Of a stretch of 64,000 nt of DNA, positions 9,685 through 19,921 are shown piece by piece (position 1 is the stretch's first letter; the number at the start of each line of letters is the position of its first letter). Made by a program: the position numbers and the translations under genes. The DNA comes from a candidate division FCPU426 bacterium (GTDB lineage Bacteria > Oederibacteriota > JAAXVQ01 > JAUVAV01): positions 1,148,878 to 1,212,877 of the forward strand of contig JBFLYH010000001.1 in NCBI GenBank assembly GCA_040756875.1, read 5' to 3'. The notes beneath the pieces are model-generated. The model did no database searches. It was not told where the DNA came from and saw only the letters and a list, made by a program, of their open reading frames with translations.

Positions 9685-10491
9685 TTAAGGCCGAAACAAC
9701 ATGCAATGGGCAGCCAGCCGGGCGCCGAGTGATTCCAGCAATCCCCGCCCGGCTTCGTTGTCCGCATTGGCGGCGGCGACGAAGGCTTTTCCCGCCGCCA
9801 TCTCCCGCCGGGCTACGTAGGCCAGCAGGTACCGGCCGTACCCTTTGCCGCGCGCCTGGGCCACGACGATCGGAGACACCGTGACATAGCGGTCGGTCTG
9901 CGGCACGACGTAAGCCACGGCTAGGATTTCGCGGCCGGCTTGCAGGCGATAATGCCGCCACAACGCGAGGCTTTTCATCAGCGCCATTTCGTCCGGAATG
10001 CCGCCGTCCTCCGGCGCCACCGAGGAATAAATCGAAAGCAGGTCCTGCGCGTCTTCCAACCGGCTTTCCACGATCCGGGTTTGTGCATCTTCCACCCAGT
10101 CCGGCTCGCGGTCCAGAAGATACAGCGCGGACGCCGCCTGGTTCGGCAGGCGCAAGTCGAGCAGGAGCGGAAAACCGGAAGGGTCGTCGGTCCGGCCCAT
10201 GACTTGGCGTGGTTTGAGACGGTCGATGATCTCGACCAGAAGCTGCCGGGCGTATTTCGCAGGGCCGACGTCCAGATAAAACTCCGGCAGGAGCGGCGAC
10301 TCGGCCGGTAAAAAGGTTTCCTGGGTCAAAATCGCGTAGCCCAGGGAATGCCCCATCTCTTCCACCTGGTAGGCCTGACCCATCCGGCACCAGGCCTCAT
10401 GAAAATCCGGAATGACGGGCAAACCCAGCTGCCCGCGATATTTGCGGCGCCAAGCCTCCAGGGCTTCCGGCTTGATCGGCCTAAGTTCCAC
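9685..10491 (-). CDS. GNAT family N-acetyltransferase
   Basis: C-terminal ARGKGYGRYLL and NEAGRGLLESLG motifs. Confidence 0.8.
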   Translation of the reverse strand: MELRPIKPEALEAWRRKYRGQLGLPVIPDFHEAWCRMGQAYQVEEMGHSLGYAILTQETFLPAESPLLPEFYLDVGPAKYARQLLVEIIDRLKPRQVMGRTDDPSGFPLLLDLRLPNQAASALYLLDREPDWVEDAQTRIVESRLEDAQDLLSIYSSVAPEDGGIPDEMALMKSLALWRHYRLQAGREILAVAYVVPQTDRYVTVSPIVVAQARGKGYGRYLLAYVARREMAAGKAFVAAANADNEAGRGLLESLGARLAAHCMLFRP

Positions 10492-10957
10492 TGCTCCCGC
10501 TCCCCTGCATGCGTTCCACCGGGATCAAAATTTCCGTCTGCCAGCTGCTTTCGTCGGAAGGAGAGCCGGCCAGATAGTACTCCCGGGCCGGACCCGCGAT
10601 GCGGTAACCGTGTTCCGGAATCCAGGCGGTCAGGCGCTGATAGGCGGCTTCCAGGCCGTCCCAGGGGCCGGCGTGGAACTCGCTGGCAGCCAGCATCACG
10701 CTCTGAACCACAACCGTGACCTCCCCGTCGCCCGTACATTCACCGGCCAATTCCACGGCCGCGGCGAAATGGGCGCGCTCCCGGTCGAACCCGGGCACGT
10801 TGTCATAGATGATGGCCAGCCGGTCCCCTTTGACCGGCACGCGCCGCGCGCGGACATATTCCTCCAGTTGCGCGAAACACGCGGGCAGTTCCCGCAGGCT
10901 GCCCCGCATTTCCAGGCACAGCAATTTCCCGGATTCCACCTGCTTGATGTCCGGCAT
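10481..10957 (-). CDS. GyrI-like small-molecule-binding protein
   Basis: HAGPWDGLEAAYQRL.AW, REYYL, TEILIPV. Confidence 0.85.
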   Translation of the reverse strand: MPDIKQVESGKLLCLEMRGSLRELPACFAQLEEYVRARRVPVKGDRLAIIYDNVPGFDRERAHFAAAVELAGECTGDGEVTVVVQSVMLAASEFHAGPWDGLEAAYQRLTAWIPEHGYRIAGPAREYYLAGSPSDESSWQTEILIPVERMQGSGSSGT

Positions 10958-10976
10958 GCCAACCTCCTCGCAGCCC

Positions 10977-11657
10977 CTAGGGCTTGTCCAGGCTTTGCAA
11001 CAGGGTTCGGGCGAGCTGCAGGGCATCCTGCTGCTCCCCGCCTTCCAGGCGTTTCACCGCCTCGGTCAAAAGTTTCCGGGCCTCATCGTCATCGCCCCGC
11101 GCCTTGACCAGGCGGGCCAGGTTGATGTACGCAGGGCCGTAATCCGGATAGCGTTTCAGGCAGGCGCGGTAATTCTTTTCCGCTTCAGCGTACTTTTTCA
11201 GCTGGGTATTCAGACTCCCCAGGTAAAAATGCACCGCCGGTTCCTCCGGGTCCAATTGCAGGATTTGGTTCAGGACTTCCTCGGCGGCCGCATAGTCCTC
11301 TTTTTCCACGGCTTGAAAGAACTTCTGGTACCTGGGCCACTTCTGGATGAAGAGGCGGTACGCTTTGGCATGCGGGTCCTTGGGGCGGATAGCCAGCAGG
11401 ATCTCCATGGCCTCCAGTCCGCTGCTGTAGTCATAATGCCGGGCTTGAGGATTGAAGGCCTCGCCCGGCGCGATCAAGAGCGGCAGTTCGCGGGGCAGCC
11501 CGAACAAAGCGTTTTTCCAGGAAGGAACCTCGACCATGACCAGGCGGGGCTTCCCGGCCACGGGCGTCTGCCGGGCTTCCGCGGCCGCGGCCAGCGACGG
11601 CAACACGGCACACACTCCCAGCATCCAACAGAATCCACAGAGAACGATCCGGCGCAT
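10977..11657 (-). CDS. Secreted tetratricopeptide repeat protein
   Basis: Signal peptide after a GGAGG RBS; TPR units (AVHFYLGSL..., AYINLARL...). Confidence 0.8.
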   Translation of the reverse strand: MRRIVLCGFCWMLGVCAVLPSLAAAAEARQTPVAGKPRLVMVEVPSWKNALFGLPRELPLLIAPGEAFNPQARHYDYSSGLEAMEILLAIRPKDPHAKAYRLFIQKWPRYQKFFQAVEKEDYAAAEEVLNQILQLDPEEPAVHFYLGSLNTQLKKYAEAEKNYRACLKRYPDYGPAYINLARLVKARGDDDEARKLLTEAVKRLEGGEQQDALQLARTLLQSLDKP

Positions 11658-11665
11658 AATTCCTC

Positions 11666-12370
11666 CTAGCAGAGATTGAGTACGCTCCGCAACGATGCCG
11701 CCTGCCTCACTTCCGGCGGTCCGTCGGAGCCGCCCTCGCGCGTCAGCCACAAGGCGTCCAGGCCTGCGGCCCTGGCGCCCATGACGTCGTCCTGCAGCGA
11801 ATCGCCGATATGCAGCGCTTCGTCCGCGGCTACGCCGGCGCGCTGCAGCGCGAGCCTGAAGATGCCGGGGTCCGGTTTGGCCACGCCTACCACGGCCGAC
11901 GCCAGAATGAAGTCCACTTGGGGCGTCAGGCCCAGCCCCGCGCAGATCCGTTCCAGCCGCGAATCCCAGTTGGAGACGATCCCCACCACCGCGCCCCGCC
12001 CCCGGCAGGCGGCAAGCACTTCCCTGGTTTCGGGAAAAAGCCGCCACACCCTTTCGCTGGCGAAGAGGTCGTATAGGTCCTCGAAAAACGGGTCGAACCG
12101 CCGGATGCCGCCCGCGCGATCCATGACTGCGCGCACCAGGCCGCGCCACCATTCGTGTTCATCCGCCGGCGCGAGATAACGGACCGCCCGCTGCTCCCAT
12201 TCGGCGCGGAAATAATCCTCCAAGGCTTGCGGATCGCATTCCAGGCCGTGCCGCTGCGCCACATCGGCATACCAGGCGCCCACCGAGGGGTGCACGGCGA
12301 ACAGGGTGTTCCCCGCATCGAAGAAAATGGCGCGGTATTTCCGGTGCGGCGCCCCGGCAGGGATTGTCAC
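11666..12370 (-). CDS. HAD-IA family hydrolase
   Basis: FFDAGNTL, VSNWD, KPDP, HIGDSLQDD. Confidence 0.92.
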   Translation of the reverse strand: MTIPAGAPHRKYRAIFFDAGNTLFAVHPSVGAWYADVAQRHGLECDPQALEDYFRAEWEQRAVRYLAPADEHEWWRGLVRAVMDRAGGIRRFDPFFEDLYDLFASERVWRLFPETREVLAACRGRGAVVGIVSNWDSRLERICAGLGLTPQVDFILASAVVGVAKPDPGIFRLALQRAGVAADEALHIGDSLQDDVMGARAAGLDALWLTREGGSDGPPEVRQAASLRSVLNLC

Positions 12371-13182
12371 TTCACCTGGCCGCGTTCATAAAACGGCAGC
12401 GCTTCCCCCTCCAGGGCTTTCAGGTTCTCGATGCGGTTGGCGGGAACAGGATGGGTGGAAAGGAATTCCGGCATGCCGCCGCCGCCTTTTTGCGCCATCC
12501 GTTCCCAAAAAGGCGCCGCCAGGCGCGGGTCATAACCGGCCCGGGCCATGAGCTGCAGGCCGATGCGGTCCGCTTCGTATTCATGGGACCGGCTGTACGG
12601 CAACACCACGCCCACCGTGGTGCCCACGCCGTAGGCCAACATGAAAAGGTTCTGGGTTTTCTCAGGTTTTTCCTTGAGCGCCGTGGACAGGGCGGCTCCG
12701 CCCAATTCCACCAGCAATTGCTGGCTCATGCGCTCGTTGCCATGCTTGGCCAGGGCGTGCGCCACTTCATGCCCCATAACCACGGCCAAGCCGGCTTCAT
12801 CCTGACACACCGGCAGAATGCCCGTGTAGAAGGCGACCTTGCCGCCGGGCATGCAAAAAGCGTTGATCGTGGCATCGTCCTGAACCAGGTTGAATTCCCA
12901 CTGATAGTTCGGTATTTCCTCGGCCATGCCGTTTTCCCGCATGACCGCTTCCGCGGCCAGGGCAACACGCTGGCCCACGCGCCGCAGCTTGGCGACTTCC
13001 ACGGCATTCTGGGATAGTTTGGCTTGCCCCATCAGCTCTTTGTAATTTTGCGCACCCAAGCTGCTCACTTCCGAGGACGAAACCAGTTCCAGCCGGTTGC
13101 GGCCCGTCAAGGGCACGGTGGAACAACCGGCCCAGACCATCATACCTGCCAACAACAAACCGAACAACGCCAGACGTTTCAT
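12367..13182 (-). CDS. M48 family metallopeptidase lipoprotein
   Basis: Lipobox WAGC, INAFCMPGGK, HEVAH, EYEAD, FLSTHP. Confidence 0.93.
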   Translation of the reverse strand: MKRLALFGLLLAGMMVWAGCSTVPLTGRNRLELVSSSEVSSLGAQNYKELMGQAKLSQNAVEVAKLRRVGQRVALAAEAVMRENGMAEEIPNYQWEFNLVQDDATINAFCMPGGKVAFYTGILPVCQDEAGLAVVMGHEVAHALAKHGNERMSQQLLVELGGAALSTALKEKPEKTQNLFMLAYGVGTTVGVVLPYSRSHEYEADRIGLQLMARAGYDPRLAAPFWERMAQKGGGGMPEFLSTHPVPANRIENLKALEGEALPFYERGQVK

Positions 13183-13234
13183 CTTTCCACTCCTTGGAGA
13201 TGGTTCTTCCGCCGGACGCACCGGCGGACAGGCC

Positions 13235-14149
13235 TCACAGCCGGCCCATTCCCGGCGGCATGCCCGTACCGCCCATTCCGGCCGGCGGCTCGGAAGATGG
13301 AGCGGATTTGGATACCTGCACGCGCAGGACCGGCAGCCCGGGGCCGGCCAGCCAAAAATACAGGACACTGGCCAGCAGCAGGATATCCCGCATTACGAAC
13401 CTGCCGCCGGGCCGCAGCAGGCTCTTGGTCGCCACCCAGTTAAGGCCCAGCAAGTGGAACGCTGCGATGGCCAGCAGAATGACCAGACCCCAGCGGAACT
13501 GGATGCCCGTGAGCAATATCAAACCGGCCGCGATCTGCAGAACCGCGAGCACGGCCAGCGTCGCGCCGGCCCAGGCGTCCGGAAACAGCGGCAGGTACAT
13601 CATGGCCTTTTTAAGCAGCAGGCCGTAGGCGTGGGCATTCGCCAGTTTGAGGATGCCATCCCAGACGCAGTACACGCCGAACAGAATCCTGAAAGCCAGG
13701 TGGGCGTTTCCCGCCATGGCCGGATAGCCCTGGGCGTGGCGACGCTCGGGATTATAGGGGTCGGTCTCATGCGTGGCCAGCACCAGCGCTGCGCCCAGCC
13801 AGACCAGATTTTTTAAAGCCAGGGGACGAAACGGCCCGATGACCGCATTGACCGCCGGGGTCAAGGGCGCCAGGATCAGCAGGGACAAGGCCATTACCGC
13901 GGCTGTGGCCACGCTGGCTTCCCGGTAATACCAGCCGACCAGCAACGCAGCACCCGTTGCCAGTAAAAACAGGAACCACAGCAGCATGACCTGGCCGGCC
14001 AAAGGCCCGATCAGCGGAAACCCGGCCATCAGGGCGTAGATCTGCTCCTGGTGCACCACCACGTCCCAAGCGGACCACAGGGTGAGAAAACCCAGCCCGA
14101 CTCGCAGATAATAAAGGGCCAAAGGAACGTTTTTAGATTCTAGTGCCAT
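13235..14149 (-). CDS. DoxX-like membrane protein with tandem duplicated domain
   Basis: Two similar halves: LRVGLG...LLVGW...KNLVW and FRILFG...LLTGI...RDILL. Confidence 0.6.
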   Translation of the reverse strand: MALESKNVPLALYYLRVGLGFLTLWSAWDVVVHQEQIYALMAGFPLIGPLAGQVMLLWFLFLLATGAALLVGWYYREASVATAAVMALSLLILAPLTPAVNAVIGPFRPLALKNLVWLGAALVLATHETDPYNPERRHAQGYPAMAGNAHLAFRILFGVYCVWDGILKLANAHAYGLLLKKAMMYLPLFPDAWAGATLAVLAVLQIAAGLILLTGIQFRWGLVILLAIAAFHLLGLNWVATKSLLRPGGRFVMRDILLLASVLYFWLAGPGLPVLRVQVSKSAPSSEPPAGMGGTGMPPGMGRL

Positions 14150-14281
14150 GCAAGTCACCTCCGGCGCAGCGGCAACAGCAGAATGGAACAATTATATAAT
14201 GCGTTTCCCGGCGGACACCAACCTTTTTTTCCTCCGGATGCATGAAGACCGGAACCGTCCCCAAGCCCTGGAAGCCTTGCC

Positions 14282-14803
14282 TCAGAACTCGATCCCCTGT
14301 CTGGCCTGCTGGTCTTTCCTGTAATAATGCTTGCGGGCTTGGAAATACGTCACCAGGTCCGCCCGGCGCATAAGCGCCGGACCGGCGCCGCGTCCGGTCA
14401 GCACCAGCTCGCAGCGCGGGGGACGCGCGTCCAGGCAGGCCAGCACATCCTTGGCCGTGAGCAGCCCCAGCTTGCGGGCTACCAAAATTTCATCCGCCAC
14501 CACCAGCCAATACCGCCCTGAACGCAGGGCCGCCAGCACGGCCGCCAGGGCGGCCTGAGCCTGCTCCCGGTCGCGTGCACCGGCTGTCCCCCGGATCAGC
14601 TTCGGACCGCCGAACCGGCGCCAGCGCAATCCCCGCTGTTTCCGCAATAGCCGGGCTTCGCCTGAGTCGCGGCCCTTCAGAAATTGTATGAATGCCACGG
14701 GCCAGCCCGCGCCCAGGGCGCGCACAGCCAGCCCCACGGCAGCCGTGGTCTTGCCCTTGCCCGGGCCGGTATAGAGGTGGACGAATCCCCGTTTGACAGT
14801 CAC
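14282..14803 (-). CDS. btuR: Cob(I)yrinic acid a,c-diamide adenosyltransferase (CobA/CobO/BtuR)
   Basis: YTGPGKGKTTAA, QFLKG, ELVLTGR, ADLVT, GIEF. Confidence 0.93.
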   Translation of the reverse strand: MTVKRGFVHLYTGPGKGKTTAAVGLAVRALGAGWPVAFIQFLKGRDSGEARLLRKQRGLRWRRFGGPKLIRGTAGARDREQAQAALAAVLAALRSGRYWLVVADEILVARKLGLLTAKDVLACLDARPPRCELVLTGRGAGPALMRRADLVTYFQARKHYYRKDQQARQGIEF

Positions 14804-14828
14804 GGTTCGGTCTCCTTTCGGCAGCCGG

Positions 14829-15803
14829 TCAGGGCCGGTTGCGCGTCAGCACCCACAGGAAAAACGGCCCGCCCAGGAGCGCGGTGATCACTCCTACGGG
14901 CAGCTCGGCCGGCGCGAGGAGCACGCGCGCCACGGCGTCGCAGGCCGGCAGGAACGACATGCCCAGCAGCAGGACGGCCCAGGCCAGCCGGCGGTGGTCA
15001 GGCCCGAGCAGTTGCCGGCAGATGTGCGGCACCATGAGGCCCACGAATCCCACGGGCCCGGTCAACGCCACCACTGTGCCGACCATCACGCCCACTCCGG
15101 CCAGCAACAGCAGCTTGACGCGGGGCAGGTCCAGGCCGCGCGCCACGGCCAGGTCCTCGCCCGCGGCCAGCAGATTGAGTTCGAACCGCAGGGCCAGGAT
15201 CAGACCGCTGCCGAGCAGGGCCAAGGGGGCGGCCTGGAGCAGCTCCCAATAGCCCACGACCTCCAGGCTGCCCATGAGCCAGCGCAGCATGCGCAGGCTG
15301 TGGACCTGGTCGGCCAGGTACTGCAGCAGCAAAATCAGGCTGGAGAAAAAGATGCCGCCGGCCACGCCGGCCAGGAGCAGGGTTTCCGTGCGCGCCCGCC
15401 CGGCCAGCTGCGAGAACCCGTAGACCAGGCCCAGCGACAGCAGCGCGCCGGCAAAGGCAAACCAGGTTTGCCCGCTCAGGCCGAGAAAGCCGAAAGACCA
15501 TCCGGTCCACAGGTAAAAACAGGCGCCCAGGCTCGCGCCGGAGGCCGTGCCCAGGGTGAAAGGCTCGGCCAGGGGATTGCGGAACAAGGCCTGCATGGCC
15601 ATGCCGGCCATGCCCAAGGTGGAGCCGGCAAGCATGCCGGCCAGCAGCCTGGGCACGCGCAGGGACCAAAACACCTGGGCCTCCGGCGAGCCGGACAGGA
15701 TGTCCTGGGGCCGGATCGCCTCCACGCCGATCCAGGGCAGGCCCAGCAGGCAGCCCACCCAGGCGAGCGCCAATCCCCACCAAATCCACGTGGTTTTTTT
15801 CAT
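14829..15803 (-). CDS. btuC: FecCD/BtuC ABC transporter permease
   Basis: LRVPR, QALFRNPLAEP, GFVGLMVPH, ELPVG; in the B12 riboswitch operon. Confidence 0.88.
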   Translation of the reverse strand: MKKTTWIWWGLALAWVGCLLGLPWIGVEAIRPQDILSGSPEAQVFWSLRVPRLLAGMLAGSTLGMAGMAMQALFRNPLAEPFTLGTASGASLGACFYLWTGWSFGFLGLSGQTWFAFAGALLSLGLVYGFSQLAGRARTETLLLAGVAGGIFFSSLILLLQYLADQVHSLRMLRWLMGSLEVVGYWELLQAAPLALLGSGLILALRFELNLLAAGEDLAVARGLDLPRVKLLLLAGVGVMVGTVVALTGPVGFVGLMVPHICRQLLGPDHRRLAWAVLLLGMSFLPACDAVARVLLAPAELPVGVITALLGGPFFLWVLTRNRP

Positions 15804-16588
15804 GTGGCTTCCCTGCCGCCTTCGGGCAGCACGACCAGCCGGTTGAGGTTCGGGTGCGGCGCCAGCAGGAAGCGCTTGCCGTAAATTTCGCGCAGCGCCT
15901 CGGGCCGCATTAGTTCTTCCGGCGTGCCGAGAAACGCCACCCGGCCGTCGCGCAAGCCCAAAATCCGGTCATGCCCCAAAGCCGCACGGTTGACGTCGTG
16001 GGTGACTTCCAGCAGGGTCAGGTTCTGGCGGCTGTGCGCGGATTCCAGCAAGGCGTAGATCTGATCCTGCTGGAACGGGTCCAAATGCGCGGTGGGTTCG
16101 TCGAGCAGCAGCACCCGGGCCTCCTGGGCCAGGGCCGCGGCCAGTACGACCTTTTGCAGTTCCCCGCCCGACAGGGTGGCGAGCGTGCGCCCGGAAAAAG
16201 CCTCCATGCCCGTGGCTGCCAGGGCCTGGTCCACGGCTTCCCAATCCCGGCGGCGGGGATTGGAAAACGGCGAAAGGTGCGGATACCGCCCCATAAGCAC
16301 GAACTCCCGCACCGCGAATTCCTCGGTATGCGCCAGGGCCTGGGGCACGTAGGCCACCCAGCGGGCGAGGTCTTTTTGCGCCAGGCCGGAGGACAGCTGC
16401 CCCTGCCAGCGCACGGCCTCCGCGGGTTGCGGCAGAATCCGGCACAGCACCTTCAGCAGGGTGGATTTGCCCGCGCCGTTGGGGCCGATGATCGCGAAAC
16501 GCTCGCCGGCCGCGACCGAGAACGACACGCTGTCCAGCAGCCTGCGGCCCGGGACCGAAACGGTAAGGTTCCTGACATCCAGCATCAT
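15800..16588 (-). CDS. btuD: ABC transporter ATP-binding subunit (BtuD/FepC-like)
   Basis: GPNGAGKST, LSGGE, LLLDEPT. Confidence 0.88.
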   Translation of the reverse strand: MMLDVRNLTVSVPGRRLLDSVSFSVAAGERFAIIGPNGAGKSTLLKVLCRILPQPAEAVRWQGQLSSGLAQKDLARWVAYVPQALAHTEEFAVREFVLMGRYPHLSPFSNPRRRDWEAVDQALAATGMEAFSGRTLATLSGGELQKVVLAAALAQEARVLLLDEPTAHLDPFQQDQIYALLESAHSRQNLTLLEVTHDVNRAALGHDRILGLRDGRVAFLGTPEELMRPEALREIYGKRFLLAPHPNLNRLVVLPEGGREAT

Positions 16589-17487
16589 TCGGGCTCCTGG
16601 CTCGTTTTCAACGCCTGCCGCAAATCCCACAGCAAGAGCGGCAGCCTGGGTCCGGGCCGGACTGTATAAGACCCGGCCAGGATCTCCACCCGCCGCCTCC
16701 GGCCGGTCTGCCAGCCGGGCACCTGTTGCCAATCGTCGGCCAGGCTGTCCAGGGGCCTGCCTGCAAACTCCGGATCCCCCACCAACTCGATGATCACGTC
16801 CGGGTCCAGCGACATCACGCCTTCGACGGTTAGTTTCGGGTATTTGGGCCATGGCCGGCGATAGGCATTTTCCGCCCCGGCCGTTTCCAAAAGTTCGTCG
16901 TAAAATTCCCCCCGGCCGGCGACGTAGGTTTCATGTATGCCGCGCGCCTGGTAGTCGCGGCTGACGACGATCAGCACCCTGGGCCGCTGTTCCGGAGGCG
17001 GAACCGCGTCCCGGCTTCCGGAGACCGCGTCCAGCAGTTCACGGATCAGCACCGCGGCCTTGGCTTCAGCTCCGCACACAGCGCCTAATTGGAGATACGT
17101 GGTGATCAATCCGGCCACGGAGTGCATCTCCACCACCAGCACCGGAACGCCGAGTTGCCGCAACCGCTGCGCGGCCTCCTGGTGCTCGGACAGCAGCACC
17201 GCCACATCCGGGCGCAGGCTCAGGATGACCTCGAAATTGGGATCGTAATACCCCCCCACTTTAGGCAGGCCTTGGGCGGCTGCCGGATAATCGCAGTAGT
17301 CTGTCACAGCCAGGAGCTGGCTGCCCGCGCCCAGTGCGTACAGCGTCTCTGTGATGCTGGGCGCCAGGGAGACCAGGCGGAGGGGCCGCGCCTCGGCTTG
17401 GCGGGCAACGGCCCCTCCCTGGCACAGCAGCGCGGCCAGGAGCAAAAGGCCCGAAAATCCGAGGTTATTCAACAACCAGCGCCGCAT
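16585..17487 (-). CDS. btuF: Cobalamin-binding periplasmic protein
   Basis: VSLAPSITETLYALG, TDYCDYP, RPGPRL. Confidence 0.88.
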   Translation of the reverse strand: MRRWLLNNLGFSGLLLLAALLCQGGAVARQAEARPLRLVSLAPSITETLYALGAGSQLLAVTDYCDYPAAAQGLPKVGGYYDPNFEVILSLRPDVAVLLSEHQEAAQRLRQLGVPVLVVEMHSVAGLITTYLQLGAVCGAEAKAAVLIRELLDAVSGSRDAVPPPEQRPRVLIVVSRDYQARGIHETYVAGRGEFYDELLETAGAENAYRRPWPKYPKLTVEGVMSLDPDVIIELVGDPEFAGRPLDSLADDWQQVPGWQTGRRRRVEILAGSYTVRPGPRLPLLLWDLRQALKTSQEPE

Positions 17488-19636
17488 ACGGTCTGGCCTG
17501 CCCAGGTTGGCCAGACTGGACCGGCTGGGCCGGGGCAGCCTGACTCCCGGCCGGCGGCGCCAGTTTCCACGCCACCTGGCAGCCCAAATACGCGGCCACG
17601 CCGCTGGTGCCGTAACCTGTAATCGCCTCATAGCGGGCGTTGAGGAGGTTGTTTACTTTGCAGTGGACGCTGGTTCCGGGCCACACCTCGGCGCTGGCTG
17701 CCACGTTCAGCAAAGTGTAAGGCGCCAGCCGGACGTCGCCCACATCCAAGCGGGGACCGATGTGCAGCACCTGGCCGAACCACTTCACCCCGGCCGCCTC
17801 GCCGGACACGTCCAACGACGCCTGATAATCGGCGCGGCGCAGCAGGGGCCGGCTGTCAGCCGGACGGTCTTCCCATTCCCGCGTCCACAGGCGCGTGTAA
17901 TTCGCGGCTATGCGCCAGGAGTCGAGGAGACGGAAGCGGGCCTCGCTTTCCCAGCCCCGCATTTCGGCCTGGGCCCGGTTGAGATAGCGGTAGCGGAAAA
18001 GATCAAGATCATACAGGCCCACGATCTCGTCGGAATAATCCGACTGGAAATACGTCACCTGGAGTTCGCCCCAGCCGGCCGGCAGGTCCTGCGCGGCGCC
18101 GATCTCCCAGCCCCGGGACGTTTCGGGCCGCAGCGCACGGTTGCCCTGGGTGTAGGCGTCGTCCGCGTACAATTGATAGAGGGTCGGCGCGTTGAACCCC
18201 GTGCCGTACGTCAGCCGCAGGCGGGACAGGGTGGCGGGAACCCGGTAGCCCTGGGTCAGGCGGTAGGTGATGAATTCCCCGAATTGCTCGTGCCGGTCCA
18301 GCCGCGCGCCCACCGTGGTGTCCCAGTTCTCATAGGAAAAGCAATCCTCGAGGAACACGCCGGTCAGCTGCGCCCGGCGCTCCCTGAATTCGGTTCTCAT
18401 CTCCGTGGGCTCGCCGGTCCACCAATCCAGGTACTGGGAACGGTCCTCATAGGCGCCCGATTCCTGCTGGACATTGGCGCCCGCGGAAATCCGGTTGTGA
18501 GCCGGCGCTTCCAGGCAATGCTTCCAGGCCGCGGTCAGCAGCCGGGCCCGGAAATCGCTGGTCCAGGCGTCCTGCGGATGCGCCGGGTCGACGGGATTGT
18601 CGTAATGCCGCGAAGACTGGTTGAAGCCGAGGCCGACTTCCTGGCTCCAGGTCCCGGGCAGGGTGTTCCAGGAAACAGTGGCCTGATGCACGGACTGCCA
18701 GTAGGAGCCGACGGCATTGGGATCGTCCCCGGCCGTGCCGCCGAAGGAATCCATCTCGGTTTCCGCCCGCAAAAAGCGGTTGGACAGGGTCACGTCCAGG
18801 TTGGAGGCCGGCGTGGCGCTGATTCCCGCGTCCAGGGAAAGGGCCCGGTGGCCGTCCGCGTCCACGGCGTCCTGCGGCGCGTCGGCCGCGGCCGAGGAAT
18901 ATCCCTGGGTGTTTTCCAGCGAAGCGCCCACGGAAACGCCCAGCCCCGAGACGCGGCCGCCGGCGGTCAGGCTTCCCCGCCAGGTGGAATATGCGCCGCC
19001 TTCGGCATCGAGGCTGCCGGACCACTCCGGGGCCGCGTCCTTCGTAATCACATTGATCACGCCGCCCAGGGCGCCGGACCCGAACACCGCGCTTTGCGAT
19101 CCGCGCGCGATCTCGATGCGGTCCACGTTGTCCAGGCTGATGCGGGAGAGGTCGGCGTTGCGCGCCGGGGACACGGGGTCGTTCAGCGGCACGCCGTTGT
19201 AAAGCACCACTGTGCGTTCCGAAGCCGCGCCCCGGATGAAGACCGTGGCCAACTGGCCCGGGCCGCCGCTCGGCACGACATCCAGGCCGGGAACGCCCTG
19301 CAGGGCGTCCAGCAGGCTGCGCGCTTGACGGAGGGCGATCTCCTCGGCCGTGATAACCGTGACCGAGCTCGCCACCGCGCTTTGAGGCAAGGGCTGGGTG
19401 GCCGCGGAAACCACCGTGGGTTCCTTTTTGGATTCCTTGAACCACTCATCAGGCAGGGATTCGGGCAAAACCGAGGGAGCCGGCGGGGAGAGCAATTCGG
19501 GGGTTGACGGAACCGTTCCTTCGGAGGAAGCAGGTGATGTAATCAGGAAGGTCTGGGCGTGCAGGACAGCCGACAAACAGCAAACCAGCAGGCCGCCAAG
19601 CGCAACGCGGCCCGTCATGCGCAGAAAACGAGACAT
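17465..19636 (-). CDS. btuB: TonB-dependent receptor, cobalamin (BtuB-like)
   Basis: Plug motifs VFIRG and IEIARGSQSAVFGSGALGGVINVIT; barrel motifs GN..LRPE and NNLLN. Confidence 0.88.
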   Translation of the reverse strand: MSRFLRMTGRVALGGLLVCCLSAVLHAQTFLITSPASSEGTVPSTPELLSPPAPSVLPESLPDEWFKESKKEPTVVSAATQPLPQSAVASSVTVITAEEIALRQARSLLDALQGVPGLDVVPSGGPGQLATVFIRGAASERTVVLYNGVPLNDPVSPARNADLSRISLDNVDRIEIARGSQSAVFGSGALGGVINVITKDAAPEWSGSLDAEGGAYSTWRGSLTAGGRVSGLGVSVGASLENTQGYSSAAADAPQDAVDADGHRALSLDAGISATPASNLDVTLSNRFLRAETEMDSFGGTAGDDPNAVGSYWQSVHQATVSWNTLPGTWSQEVGLGFNQSSRHYDNPVDPAHPQDAWTSDFRARLLTAAWKHCLEAPAHNRISAGANVQQESGAYEDRSQYLDWWTGEPTEMRTEFRERRAQLTGVFLEDCFSYENWDTTVGARLDRHEQFGEFITYRLTQGYRVPATLSRLRLTYGTGFNAPTLYQLYADDAYTQGNRALRPETSRGWEIGAAQDLPAGWGELQVTYFQSDYSDEIVGLYDLDLFRYRYLNRAQAEMRGWESEARFRLLDSWRIAANYTRLWTREWEDRPADSRPLLRRADYQASLDVSGEAAGVKWFGQVLHIGPRLDVGDVRLAPYTLLNVAASAEVWPGTSVHCKVNNLLNARYEAITGYGTSGVAAYLGCQVAWKLAPPAGSQAAPAQPVQSGQPGQARPYAALVVE

Positions 19637-19664
19637 CGTGAAATTCCTTTCTCCCTGGAGATGT

Positions 19665-19815
19665 GTCCGGCTCGGCGGTTTCCTGGCTCGCATTCTTCCT
19701 ACTCGCCGCGTCTTCCCGGTTCAAAACCAGTGACTGGCAGCGGCTTTCGTCCTGCATACAGTTGCCGGGCAGCTGGGGATTCGCACCCCATTCCTCTATC
19801 CAAGCCGGTGAAGCC
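19665..19815 (-). ncRNA. Cobalamin (B12) riboswitch
   Basis: Minus strand reads ATAGAGGAATGGGGTGCGAATCCCCAGCTGCCCGGCAACTGTA...GTCACTG...GGGAAG...GAGCCAGGAAACC (B12-box), directly upstream of btuB. Boundaries are approximate. Confidence 0.9.
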
Positions 19816-19921
19816 CCGGGCTCGGGACGCCCGGGTGCTTTAAAATCTGACTCTCTCGCCTCTCCTTTCTCCTGAAACGCCTCCCTGCCGGCTGCGTTTC
19901 AAACCAGCCGGCCAGACGGGT

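Noticed and set aside
14282-19815. B12 uptake operon as a novel system
   Set aside because: A riboswitch followed by btuB/F/D/C and btuR is a well-known arrangement.
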